A stretch of 64,000 nt of DNA, from positions 5,642,001-5,706,000 of the forward strand of contig NC_090367.1 in NCBI RefSeq assembly GCF_035084215.1. The letters run 5' to 3'. Below are positions 1 through 11,800 of this stretch, in pieces. Source of the DNA: Heptranchias perlo. Lineage: Eukaryota. The notes below the pieces were generated by a model, which worked only from the letters and a program-made list of their open reading frames with translations, was not told where the DNA came from and did not search any database. Position 1 is the first letter of the stretch. Every line of letters begins with the position of its first letter. Both the position numbers and the translations under genes were made by a program.

Positions 1-47
1 GTACAGACGGCGAGAAATCTGCCCGCAGGAGCCGCGAGTTCACCAAC

Positions 48-242
48 CTGAGTTTCCGCCGGGTGCCAACGCCGACTCAGGCACGCACAGCGAGCGAGCG
101 TACAGGAAGGCGCTCAGCGAGAACGAGACAATCATAGCCGAGACCGCCAGCTGCACGCACCGGTCGTGGACGGAACTCAACCGCAGCCCACCGAAAATTC
201 CGACCCCGACCAGAAGGGAGGTGATCGCAAACGCGTGTAGTC
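48..242 (-). CDS. TM7SF2: Delta(14)-sterol reductase (TM7SF2/DHCR14), coding exon 4; gene continues beyond window start
   Basis: ccag|GA acceptor and CAG|gttggt donor; encodes (G)LHAFAITSLLVGVG...LSAFLYARSLCVPESALAPGGNSG, an ERG4/ERG24 family segment; phase fits the preceding exon. Confidence 0.9.
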
Positions 243-1521
243 CTGGAAGGCAAAGATGGCCCGGGGTAACACGAGAGATGATTACAGCGCACACCTGCGC
301 AGCTCACAATAATCTGATAGATGGGCCTTCGCTCATCTCCAGCATCCAACTTCTCACTCCATCACAACCTTTCCTGTCCTTCTTTACATTTTCAATACCA
401 CCGTGGTCACTGCTTCAAAAAACTTCCCTCGCTTCTCCCCCCAAGCTCCTAATATGCCATATTACACTGTCCTCCTCCCTACATCCAGTCTTCGTATTAA
501 GACTCATCGCTCCGTCTCCTACTCCGACTCATTCTTTCCCAGAAACTCAAAGCTGCGGAACTCCTCGCCTCTAAACTGTTGGCCTCCTCACTCCTCTCCA
601 ATGTTTCCATCTCCTTCAGTTTTTCCAAAAATTGAGTCTTGGCGTCGTCTAACCACAGCTTTTAATTTATCTCACCCTTTCTCTTAGCCTGTTCAACTTT
701 GACGGTGACTTGGCCTTTCACCCAGGTTCCGGATTTTAAAAAGTGATGCTGCACACCCTATAAAAAGTGGAGCAAGCGGCAGAAAGGGGCACGATTGCAA
801 CAGGAAGTAAATCCCCAGAGTGGCACCAAACTCACAGGAATGCTATCCATTGGTTATGGTATCAAGATAACTGCACCCTTGGAGGCTACAAGGATCGGTA
901 GATCAAATACTCCATGGGACACAATCGTTTCGGCGCTAGTGGGACATCATGCTGAAACCCACCGCCCAGGCTCACAAGTGAAGGGCAGCCAGTCCCCGAG
1001 GAACTCAGCAAGTCTCAGTGCCTTCAGAAGAGAGACGCAGGTACCAGGACGGTCATTGATAGGGACATTAATCAGATCAAGAGAAAGGCAGAAGGGATAG
1101 AGATAAGCTGACCCAGCAAAACAAGATGGTGTTGGACCCAAGGCTCCTTCCAAGTTCCTGAAAGGTTTTTTAAAAATATTAATATGACCTCTGGTGGCAC
1201 TGCTCATAGGTAGCCCAGGATCTAGATCTCGGTTGTGATCTTTAGCTGCTAACCTGGTCCGTCCCTTTAATGCTGCTACTCAGTTACTGTCTGTGGAAAT
1301 CAGGCTAAATATTGTTTCTTATAAATTGCTCAAGTCAATCAAGAGGTTATTAAATTGCTTGTAAATTTCAGGCTACAGGTCTGTGACTGGCTTTCTATCT
1401 CGAGTTTGTTGCAGATGCACAACGAAGCATGCTATCTGGTAACGTGACAGACTGGAGCAAGAGATATTACATAATGTCCAGAGCACGCATAGCTCAGCCA
1501 GGTGTAAAATCTGAAACATAC

Positions 1522-1576
1522 CATTAATGCGGTAGGACAGTCTGGTGCCGTCCTGAAGTGGCATGCCTTGTGTAAC
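1522..1576 (-). CDS. TM7SF2: TM7SF2 coding exon 3
   Basis: 55 bp, gcag|GT...G|gtatgt; VTQGMPLQDGTRLSYRING is a typical sterol C14-reductase (TM7SF2/LBR) motif. Confidence 0.9.
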
Positions 1577-1849
1577 CTGCAGAGACAAAATAGGAAACTC
1601 AAGTAAAAGAACATATCCCCAATGAGACCAAGTGTTGAACGACAGGTGAGGGGGTCGCCAAATGGAAGGGAACCAAAAGCAGGCAGATTTTGGTGTCTAC
1701 TATCCTAGTCCTTCGGGAAGGGCGTGCGCAGGGCGCGCACCGCCCGCGTAGGGGCGTGCACCGCCCGCGTAGGGGCACACTGTCTGATTTCCCCCCCCTC
1801 CTCTCCTGAAGATACTGACTTTTGCTGGGGAAGGTTTCTAAGGGCCCCA

Positions 1850-2105
1850 GTTTCCTTCCCAACTGTCATCCAAGTTGCCAGACAGCAGGTGTCAGCTATT
1901 CAACCACGTGGCATCACAGCCGACACCCACACGTGCGCAGGGTAGTAATCAGGAGCAGGAACCCTGACTGATTTTCCCCACCCCGCTGACACTGAGGCCA
2001 ATTATAGAACTCCTATCACTGTCCCAGCTGAAATCAGTTTGCACTCTGCTTAAATGGAGGATTGTACCAGGGCCCTTCTTGGTCTGTCATACTCTGTACC
2101 ACATT
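1850..2105 (-). mobile_element. tRNA-derived SINE fragment (second family; other copies near 19370, 21670-22130, 23770, 30670, 37775, 39090, 44290, 47940)
   Basis: Recurrent motif ATCAGGAGCAGGAACCCTGGCTGATTTTCCC...CACTGAGGCCAATT...AACTCAGCACAGACC; B-box-like GGTTC(G/T)ATC on the opposite strand in better copies. Confidence 0.6.
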
Positions 2106-2172
2106 CACCAGTGTAATCTGAACTTTAAACGAAAGCTAAAAGCTTTCTCGTGAACCCCTGCCGTTGACCTAC

Positions 2173-2369
2173 CTTACCGAGGGGAAGCATGTACAGGACA
2201 GCCTGCAGGCTAAACCAGCCAAGAACAAGGAGGAATGCGTCGAGATCCCAGAGCTCGCTCGGAGCTGGCAGGGGAGAGGGGCTGCTCAAGACACTTGCCT
2301 CCTTCGTGCGACACGCGAGCAGCAGGTAGAGGACGGTGCAGGGCAGCAGCACTGGGAGGAACAGTGCAC
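2173..2369 (-). CDS. TM7SF2: TM7SF2 coding exon 2
   Basis: 197 bp, acag|GT...AAG|gtaggt; (G)ALFLPVLLPCTVLYLLLAC...GWFSLQAVLYMLPLGK, hydrophobic TM segments. Confidence 0.9.
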
Positions 2370-2625
2370 CTGTCCAGAGAGAGGAAAAAGCAGGAGGCAG
2401 TTTTACTCAGCTGACCCAGATGGGACCACAGACAAGTCTCACCCCTCCACCTGCCTCGGCAATGACCCTAGTGTATCTCCCCTTCCCTCTTCGGCACCCA
2501 TCACTATACAATCACTAACTGTAAAAGATGCAACTAGGGACGTCTTTGTAGAACTTACTTCTAAACAGCAGGCCAGTCAAGATCCCAATCTACTGCTCTA
2601 CATATGCTTCCTTAGCCTTTATAAC

Positions 2626-2827
2626 GAGATGTGGAGATGCCGGTGATGGACTGGGGTAGACAAATGTAAGGAATCTTAAAACACCAGGTTATAGTCCAAC
2701 AATTTTCTTTTAAAATCACAAGCTTTCGGAGATTATTCACCTGACGAAGGGGATAATCTCCGAAAGCTTGTGATTTTAAAATAAAATTGTTGGACTATAA
2801 CCTGGTGTTGTAAGATTCCTTACATTT
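2626..2827. mobile_element. Penelope-like non-autonomous element with 75-bp inverted repeat and hammerhead-like motif
   Basis: Arms 2662-2736 and 2753-2827 are reverse complements with 2 mismatches; flanked by TTTATAAC duplication (2618-2625, 2825-2832); interrupts a CR1 fragment. Confidence 0.7.
2737..2773 (+). ncRNA. Putative minimal type I hammerhead ribozyme motif
   Basis: TCAC-CTGACGA-A-GGGGA(TAA)TCTCC-GAAA-GC-TT-GTGA: stem I, CUGANGA core, stem II, GAAA, palindromic AAGCUU, UH. Confidence 0.55.
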
Positions 2828-2829
2828 AT

Positions 2830-3340
2830 AACTAGAGGGCTAGAACATAAAAGGGGAAGAAGTTTAGCCACAACTACACAAAGCCCTGGTTAAACCACAT
2901 CTGGAGTACTGTGTACAGTTCTAGGCACCGCACCTTGGAAGGAGTGCAGCGCAGATTCACCAGAATGTTACCAGGGCTCCAAGGGTTAAATTATGAGGAG
3001 CAATTACATAAACTAAGTGTGTATTCCCTGGAATAAAGAAGGTTGAGGGGTGATTTGATTGAGGTTTTTAGGATTTTGAAAGGAATTGATAGGGTAGATA
3101 GAGAGAAACTTTTTCCGCTGGTGGGGGGAGTGGAGGACAAGGGCACATAACCTTAAAATTAGAGCCAGGCCATTCAGGAGTGAAGTTAGGAAACACCTCG
3201 TCACACAAAGGGTGGTAGGTAAGGGGGTTAAGGGATATGGAGCCAAGGTAGGTAAATGGAGTTAGGATACAGATCAGCCATGGTCTCACTGAATGGCAGC
3301 TCAGGCTTGAGGGGCTGAATGGCCTACTCCTTGTACCTAT
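2830..3340 (+). mobile_element. CR1 LINE 3' fragment
   Basis: Degenerate RT C-terminus (..PHLEYCVQF..; ..GFDRVDREKLFPLVGE..RGHNLKIRARPFR..) and CR1 tail GAATGGCCTACTCCT. Confidence 0.8.
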
Positions 3341-3544
3341 CTTCCTCCTCCCTGCATCCTGGGTCAAAATTGGGAATCCATTTGCTCCATCTTGTACTCT
3401 AACTCATTCTTTCCAGTTCCTGAAAACTGTGGGACTCCTCCTCACCTCCTAGGAAACCCAAGCTTGGCGTTAACTAACCACAACTTCTTGATCTACTTCA
3501 TCTTATTCCCTACTCTTTTCAGTATTCTTTTGTTCTGCACAATC

Positions 3545-3915
3545 TCAGAAGGATATATTGGCCTTGGATGGGGGCGCAGTGCAGATTTACCAGAATGACA
3601 CCGGGACTAAAGGGTTAAATTGTGAGGACAGGTTGCAGAGACTAGGCTTGCATTCCCATGAATATAGAAGTTCATGGGGTGATCTAATTGAGTTGTTTAA
3701 GATGAGGAATTGATAGAGAGAAACTATCTACCCTATTTCCTCTGGTGGGGGGAGTCCAGAACAAGGGGGCATAACCTTAAAATTAGAGCTAGGCCATTCA
3801 GGGGTGATGTCAGGAAGCACTTCCTCACACAAAGGGGAGTGGAAATCTGGAACTCTCTCCCCCAAAAACGCTGTTCAAGCTGGGGGTCAATTGAATGGCC
3901 TACTCCTGTTCCTAT
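3545..3915 (+). mobile_element. CR1 LINE 3' fragment
   Basis: ESRTRGHNLKIRARPFRGDVRKHFLTQRGVEIWNSLP motif and CR1 tail. Confidence 0.8.
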
Positions 3916-3995
3916 GTCTCTTTCTCCCAAGTTTCCCAATAATAATCCCATTTGGCTTTTTTTGGTCTGATTTACATCACAGATTTGTTCTTTAC

Positions 3996-4074
3996 CTAGA
4001 GGACCCCCGAATTCCAGTACCGTAGTCCGGGGCATTTTGGACTTGTCATCCATTGTTAGATCCCCTTCTGACAT
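3996..4074 (-). CDS. TM7SF2: TM7SF2 coding exon 1 (start ATG 4074, alternative ATG 4053)
   Basis: MSEGDLTMDDKSKMPRTTVLEFGGPLG then G|gtaaag; EFGG motif; in-frame stop upstream of the ATG, so no Tudor/RS N-terminus (not LBR). Confidence 0.85.
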
Positions 4075-4369
4075 ACTGCGGCAGTACGAGTCCTGGTTTG
4101 TCTCAGTATGCGTGGGTCAGCGTAACCACTCTGAATGTAAACTTCACCACTCCCATCAGCAGCACGGAACAGCCTGGCAAGGCATCCTCGGTACCAGCTT
4201 CCTACAGAGGCTGCTTGTGGTAAGAGTAGAGAGGGGGTCACCTGCAGAAAGGAAGAAACAAACTCACTGTACTTTGAAAGAACTTGCAATTTACCACATC
4301 ACCTGAGACCCACTTCACATACAATGAATCATAGCATCATACAACACACAAGGTGGTCATGCAGACCAT

Positions 4370-4610
4370 CAAGCCTATGCTGGCTCTTTGTAAGAGCTAT
4401 CCAATTAGTCCCACTCCCCAGCTCTTTCCCCCGTAGCCCTGCAAATTTTTCCCCTTCAAGTATTTATCCAGTTCCCTTTTGAAAGTTATTATTGAATCTG
4501 CTTCCACCGCCATTTCAGGCAGCGCATTCCAGATCATCACAACTCGCTGTGTAAGAAATGTTTTCCCCAAGTCGCCACTGGTTCTTTTGCCAATCACCTT
4601 AAATCTGTCC
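4370..4610 (-). mobile_element. CR1 LINE 3' fragment
   Basis: FLTQRVVMIWNALPEMAVEADSIITFKRELDKYL motif. Confidence 0.8.
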
Positions 4611-5439
4611 GTTACTATCCTCCTCACTGTTTACATTTATGAGTTTCATGTCATCTGCAAACTTTGAAAACATGCCTTTTATACCCAAGTCCAGGTCATT
4701 AATCTGCGAAAATGCAGCACTCCCTCAATACTGCCCAGGACCACAGACACTTGTTTGGTTAAGTTCAGAGACCAAGTTTGCTCTCAGCTGTTCTGATAGG
4801 TAGCATCTGTCACGGCAACCACGTCAATCCTCTGATTCTAGCACACAGATTGTCTGGAAGACAGGTCTTTAAACTGGGTATTCAGACAATAAAAATAGTT
4901 CTTAAAAACTTCAATCCTGCCTCCAAAATGTGGACAATAAGAAACCAGAAGGATAGAAAAATGAGGTGAAGTAAAAGATAATTAAGATGCTTTTATACCA
5001 ACATACGAATTAAGAGCAGGAATAGACCATTCGGCCCCTCGAGCCTGCTCAGCCATTTGATAAGATCATGGCTGATCTGATTGTGACCTCAACCCTACTT
5101 TCCCGTCTACCTACTATAACCTTTGATTTCGTTGTTAATCAGGAATCTATCTTTTATAGGGGAGGGGGGTTTAGAAAAAAAGCATAGGTTACATTTGATA
5201 GAAAAATAAAACAGAAAGAGAGGGAGAGAAAAACAGAGAGCAGGGCAGACAGAATTCCACATTATTATATGACTGTTTTATGTCCATGATGAAGTCTCGC
5301 AAAATCATCCAGTGGGAGGAGACTGGGGTTTCCCTGGACCTGCCGTCCAAGAGCTTCAGTCACCCCTCAGAAGATCCTCACCCCCCCCCCCCCCGGGGAA
5401 GTGGAGCAAGTCTGGGCTCAGTTTCTCCCTGGGTTTCCA

Positions 5440-5835
5440 CCAGACCTCAACCCCCAAGGGAGCGGTGCTCAGAGCCGGCGGGCTTGGTTGGGTTGCTGCC
5501 GTTGCCGAGACCCGCGGCTGGATGAATGGCCCCGGGCTCGAACCAGACCCGACACTCGGGGACAGGGCGGGCAGGAGCGGCTGCTCGGTCGGTACCTGGT
5601 GACCCAGTCTCCGTCCCACTGCCCCCGGGTCCGTCTCTCTCCGTCCCCCTTGTTCCCGGTTTGTTTTCCTCGACTGAGCATGCGCACACTGGCCGCAGTG
5701 TAACCATCCCCGTCCGCCAATCAGATCCCCAGAAGCAAAAACAAGGCAACAGGCGAACAGCCAATTGGCAACGGAAAAAAAAAATCATGTCATCCAATTA
5801 GAATCAGAGCTACAGCCATCGAACCAATCAACGTC
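5440..5835 (-). promoter_or_regulatory. CpG-island promoter of TM7SF2 with four CCAAT boxes
   Basis: CCAAT at 5717, 5761, 5794 and 5824; GCATGCGC (NRF1-like) near 5678; CpG-rich. Confidence 0.65.
5596..5690 (-). other. TM7SF2: Probable non-coding first exon of TM7SF2 (5' boundary approximate)
   Basis: Donor CAG|gtaccg at 5596/5595 inside a CpG-rich region just downstream of a CCAAT cluster; strong acceptor tttctgcag| at 4241. Confidence 0.55.
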
Positions 5836-5850
5836 TGGAAGCCAGGGAGC

Positions 5851-8800
5851 GGCCCCGAAATACACCTCCCAGTACATAACCCACTGACCCCGAAATACAC
5901 CTCCCAGTACATAACCCACTGACCCCTAAATACACCTCCCAGTACATAACTCACTGACCCCGAAATACACCTCCCAGTACATAACCCACTGACCCCTAAA
6001 TACACCTCCCAGTACAAAACCCACTGACCCCTAAATACACCTCCCAGTACAAAACCCACTGACCCCGAAATACACCTCCCAGTACAAAACCCACTGACCC
6101 CGAAATACACCTCCCAGTACATAACCCACTGACCCCTAAATACACCTCCCAGTACATAACCCACTGACCCCTAAATATACCTCCCAGTACATAACCCACT
6201 GACCCCTAAATACCCCTCCCAGTACATAACCCACTGACCCCTAAATACACCTCCCAGTACATAACCCACTGACCCCTAAATACACCTCCCAGTACATAAC
6301 CCACTGACCCCTAAATACACCTCCCAGTACATAACCCACTGACCCCTAAATACCCCTCCCAGTACATAACCCACTGACCCCTAAATACACCTCCCAGTAC
6401 ATAACCCACTGACCCCTAAATACCCCTCCCAGTACATAACCCACTGACCCCTAAATATACCTCCCAGTACATAACCCACTGACCCCGAAATACACCTCCC
6501 AGTACATAACCCACTGACCCCTAAATACACCTCCCAGTACATAACCCACTGACCCCTAAATATACCTCCCAGTACATAACCCACTGACCCCTAAATACAC
6601 CTCCCAGTACATAACCCACTGACCCCGAAATATACCTCCCAGTACATAACCCACTGACCCCGAAATATACCTCCCAGTACATAACCCACTGACCCCTAAA
6701 TACACCTCCCAGTACATAACCCACTGACCCCTAAATATACCTCCCAGTACATAACCCACTGACCCCTAAATACACCTCCCAGTACATAACCCACTGACCC
6801 CTAAATACACCTCCCAGTACATAACCCACTGACCCCTAAATACACCTCCCAGTACATAACCCACTGACCCCTAAATATACCTCCCAGTACATAACCCACT
6901 GACCCCTAAATATACCTCCCAGTACATAACCCACTGACCCCTAAATATACCTCCCAGTACATAACCCACTGACCCCTGAATATACCTCCCAGTACATAAC
7001 CCACTGACCCCTAAATATACCTCCCAGTACATAACCCACTGACCCCTAAATACACCTCCCAGTACATAACCCACTGACCCCTAAATATACCTCCCAGTAC
7101 ATAACCCACTGACCCCTAAATATACCTCCCAGTACATAACCCACTGACCCCGAAATACACCTCCCAGTACATAACCCACTGACCCCTAAATATACCTTCC
7201 AGTACATAACCCACTGACCCCAAAATACACCTCCCAGTACATAACCCACTGACCCCTAAATATACCTCCCAGTACATAACCCACTGACCCCTAAATATAC
7301 CTCCCAGTACATAACCCGCTGACCCCTAAATATACCTCCCAGTACATAACCCACTGACCCCTAAATATACCTCCCAGTACATAACCCACTGACCCCTAAA
7401 TACACCTCCCAGTACATAACCCACTGACCCCTAAATATACCTCCCAGTACATAACCCACTGACCCCTAAATATACCTCCCAGTACATAACCCACTGACCC
7501 CGAAATACACCTCCCAGTACATAACCCACTGACCCCTAAATATACCTTCCAGTACATAACCCACTGACCCCAAAATACACCTCCCAGTACATAACCCACT
7601 GACCCCTAAATATACCTCCCAGTACATAACCCACTGAACCCCGAAATACACCTCCCAGTACATAACCCACTGACCCCTAAATACACCTCCCAGTACATAA
7701 CCCACTGACCCCGAAATACACCTCCCAGTACATAACCCACTGACCCCGAAATATACCTCCCAGTACATAACCCACTGACCCCTAAATACACCTCCCAGTA
7801 CATAACCCACTGACCCCTAAATACACCTCCCAGTACATAACCCACTGACCACTAAATACACCTCCCAGTACATAACCCACTGACCCTGAAATATACCTCC
7901 CAGTACATAACCCACTGACCCCGAAATATACCTCCCAGTACATAACCCACTGACCCTGAAATATACCTCCCAGTACATAACCCACTGACCCCGAAATACA
8001 CCTCCCAGTACATAACCCACTGACCCCTAAATATACCTCCCAGTACATAACCCACTGACCCCTAAATACACCTCCCAGTACATAACCCACTGACCCCTAA
8101 ATACACCTCCCAGTACATAACCCACTGACCCCTAAATACACCTCCCAGTACATAACCCACTGACCCCGAAATACACCTCCCAGTACATAACCCACTGACC
8201 CCGAAATATACCTCCCAGTACATAACCCGCTGACCCCGAAATACACCTCCCAGTACATAACCCGCTGACCCCGAAATACACCTCCCAGTACATAACCCAC
8301 TGACCCCTAAATACACCTCCCAGTACATAACCCACTGACCCCGAAATACACCTCCCAGTACATAACCCACTGACCCCTAAATATACCTCCCAGTACATAA
8401 CCCACTGACCCCCAAATATACCTCCCAGCACATAACCCACTGACCCCCAAATATACCTCCCAGTACATAACCCACTGACCCCTAAATATACCTCCCAGTA
8501 CATAACCCACTGACCCCTAAATATACCTCCCAGTACATAACCCACTGACCCCCAAATATACCTCCCAGTACATAACCCACTGACCCCCAAATATACCTCC
8601 CAGTACATAACCCACTGACCCCTAAATATACCTCCCAGTACATAACCCACTGACCCCGAAATACACCTCCCAGTACATAACCCACTGCCCCCCAAATATA
8701 CCTCCCAGTACATAACCCACTGACCACCCAAATATACCTCCCAGTACATAACCCACTGACCCCGAAATACACCTCCCAGTACATAACCCACTGACCCCCA

Positions 8801-11800
8801 AATATACCTCCCAGTACATAACCCACTGACCCCTAAATATACCTCCCAGTACATAACCCACTGACCCCGAAATACACCTCCCAGTACATAACCCACTGAC
8901 CCCGAAATACACCTCCCAGTACATAACCCACTGACCCCTAAATACACCTCCCAGTACATAACCCACTGACCCCTAAATATACCTCCCAGTACATAACCCA
9001 CTGACCCCTAAATACCCCTCCCAGTACATAACCCACTGACCCCTAAATACACCTCCCAGTACATAACCCACTGACCCCTAAATACACCTCCCAGTACATA
9101 ACCCACTGACCCCTAAATACACCTCCCAGTACATAACCCACTGACCCCTAAATACCCCTCCCAGTACATAACCCACTGACCCCTAAATACACCTCCCAGT
9201 ACATAACCCACTGACCCCTAAATACCCCTCCCAGTACATAACCCACTGACCCCTAAATATACCTCCCAGTACATAACCCACTGACCCCGAAATACACCTC
9301 CCAGTACATAACCCACTGACCCCTAAATACACCTCCCAGTACATAACCCACTGACCCCTAAATATACCTCCCAGTACATAACCCACTGACCCCTAAATAC
9401 ACCTCCCAGTACATAACCCACTGACCCCGAAATATACCTCCCAGTACATAACCCACTGACCCCGAAATATACCTCCCAGTACATAACCCACTGACCCCTA
9501 AATACACCTCCCAGTACATAACCCACTGACCCCTAAATATACCTCCCAGTACATAACCCACTGACCCCTAAATACACCTCCCAGTACATAACCCACTGAC
9601 CCCTAAATACACCTCCCAGTACATAACCCACTGACCCCTAAATACACCTCCCAGTACATAACCCACTGACCCCTAAATATACCTCCCAGTACATAACCCA
9701 CTGACCCCTAAATATACCTCCCAGTACATAACCCACTGACCCCTAAATATACCTCCCAGTACATAACCCACTGACCCCTAAATATACCTCCCAGTACATA
9801 ACCCACTGACCCCTAAATATACCTCCCAGTACATAACCCACTGACCCCTAAATACACCTCCCAGTACATAACCCACTGACCCCTAAATATACCTCCCAGT
9901 ACATAACCCACTGACCCCTAAATATACCTCCCAGTACATAACCCACTGACCCCGAAATACACCTCCCAGTACATAACCCACTGACCCCTAAATATACCTT
10001 CCAGTACATAACCCACTGACCCCAAAATACACCTCCCAGTACATAACCCACTGACCCCTAAATATACCTCCCAGTACATAACCCACTGACCCCTAAATAT
10101 ACCTCCCAGTACATAACCCACTGACCCCTAAATATACCTCCCAGTACATAACCCACTGACCCCTAAATATACCTCCCAGTACATAACCCACTGACCCCTA
10201 AATACACCTCCCAGTACATAACCCACTGACCCCTAAATATACCTCCCAGTACATAACCCACTGACCCCTAAATATACCTCCCAGTACATAACCCACTGAC
10301 CCCGAAATACACCTCCCAGTACATAACCCACTGACCCCTAAATATACCTTCCAGTACATAACCCACTGACCCCAAAATACACCTCCCAGTACATAACCCA
10401 CTGACCCCTAAATATACCTCCCAGTACATAACCCACTGAACCCCGAAATACACCTCCCAGTACATAACCCACTGACCCCTAAATACACCTCCCAGTACAT
10501 AACCCACTGACCCCGAAATACACCTCCCAGTACATAACCCACTGACCCCGAAATATACCTCCCAGTACATAACCCACTGACCCCTAAATACACCTCCCAG
10601 TACATAACCCACTGACCCCTAAATACACCTCCCAGTACATAACCCACTGACCACTAAATACACCTCCCAGTACATAACCCACTGACCCTGAAATATACCT
10701 CCCAGTACATAACCCACTGACCCCGAAATATACCTCCCAGTACATAACCCACTGACCCTGAAATATACCTCCCAGTACATAACCCACTGACCCCGAAATA
10801 CACCTCCCAGTACATAACCCACTGACCCCTAAATATACCTCCCAGTACATAACCCACTGACCCCTAAATACACCTCCCAGTACATAACCCACTGACCCCT
10901 AAATACACCTCCCAGTACATAACCCACTGACCCCTAAATACACCTCCCAGTACATAACCCACTGACCCCGAAATACACCTCCCAGTACATAACCCACTGA
11001 CCCCGAAATATACCTCCCAGTACATAACCCGCTGACCCCGAAATACACCTCCCAGTACATAACCCGCTGACCCCGAAATACACCTCCCAGTACATAACCC
11101 ACTGACCCCTAAATACACCTCCCAGTACATAACCCACTGACCCCGAAATACACCTCCCAGTACATAACCCACTGACCCCTAAATATACCTCCCAGTACAT
11201 AACCCACTGACCCCCAAATATACCTCCCAGCACATAACCCACTGACCCCCAAATATACCTCCCAGTACATAACCCACTGACCCCTAAATATACCTCCCAG
11301 TACATAACCCACTGACCCCTAAATATACCTCCCAGTACATAACCCACTGACCCCCAAATATACCTCCCAGTACATAACCCACTGACCCCCAAATATACCT
11401 CCCAGTACATAACCCACTGACCCCTAAATATACCTCCCAGTACATAACCCACTGACCCCGAAATACACCTCCCAGTACATAACCCACTGCCCCCCAAATA
11501 TACCTCCCAGTACATAACCCACTGACCACCCAAATATACCTCCCAGTACATAACCCACTGACCCCGAAATACACCTCCCAGTACATAACCCACTGACCCC
11601 CAAATATACCTCCCAGTACATAACCCACTGACCCCTGAATATACCTCCCAGTACATAACCCACTGACCCCGAAATATACCTCCCAGTACATAACCCACTG
11701 ACCCCTGAATATACCTCCCAGTACATAACCCACTGACCCCGAAATATACCTCCCAGTACATAACCCACTGACCCCTAAATACACCTCCCAGTACATAACC

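Noticed and set aside
48-4074. Lamin B receptor (LBR) as the identity of the sterol reductase
   Set aside because: No Tudor/RS exons, an in-frame stop precedes the ATG, and the position next to VPS51 fits TM7SF2
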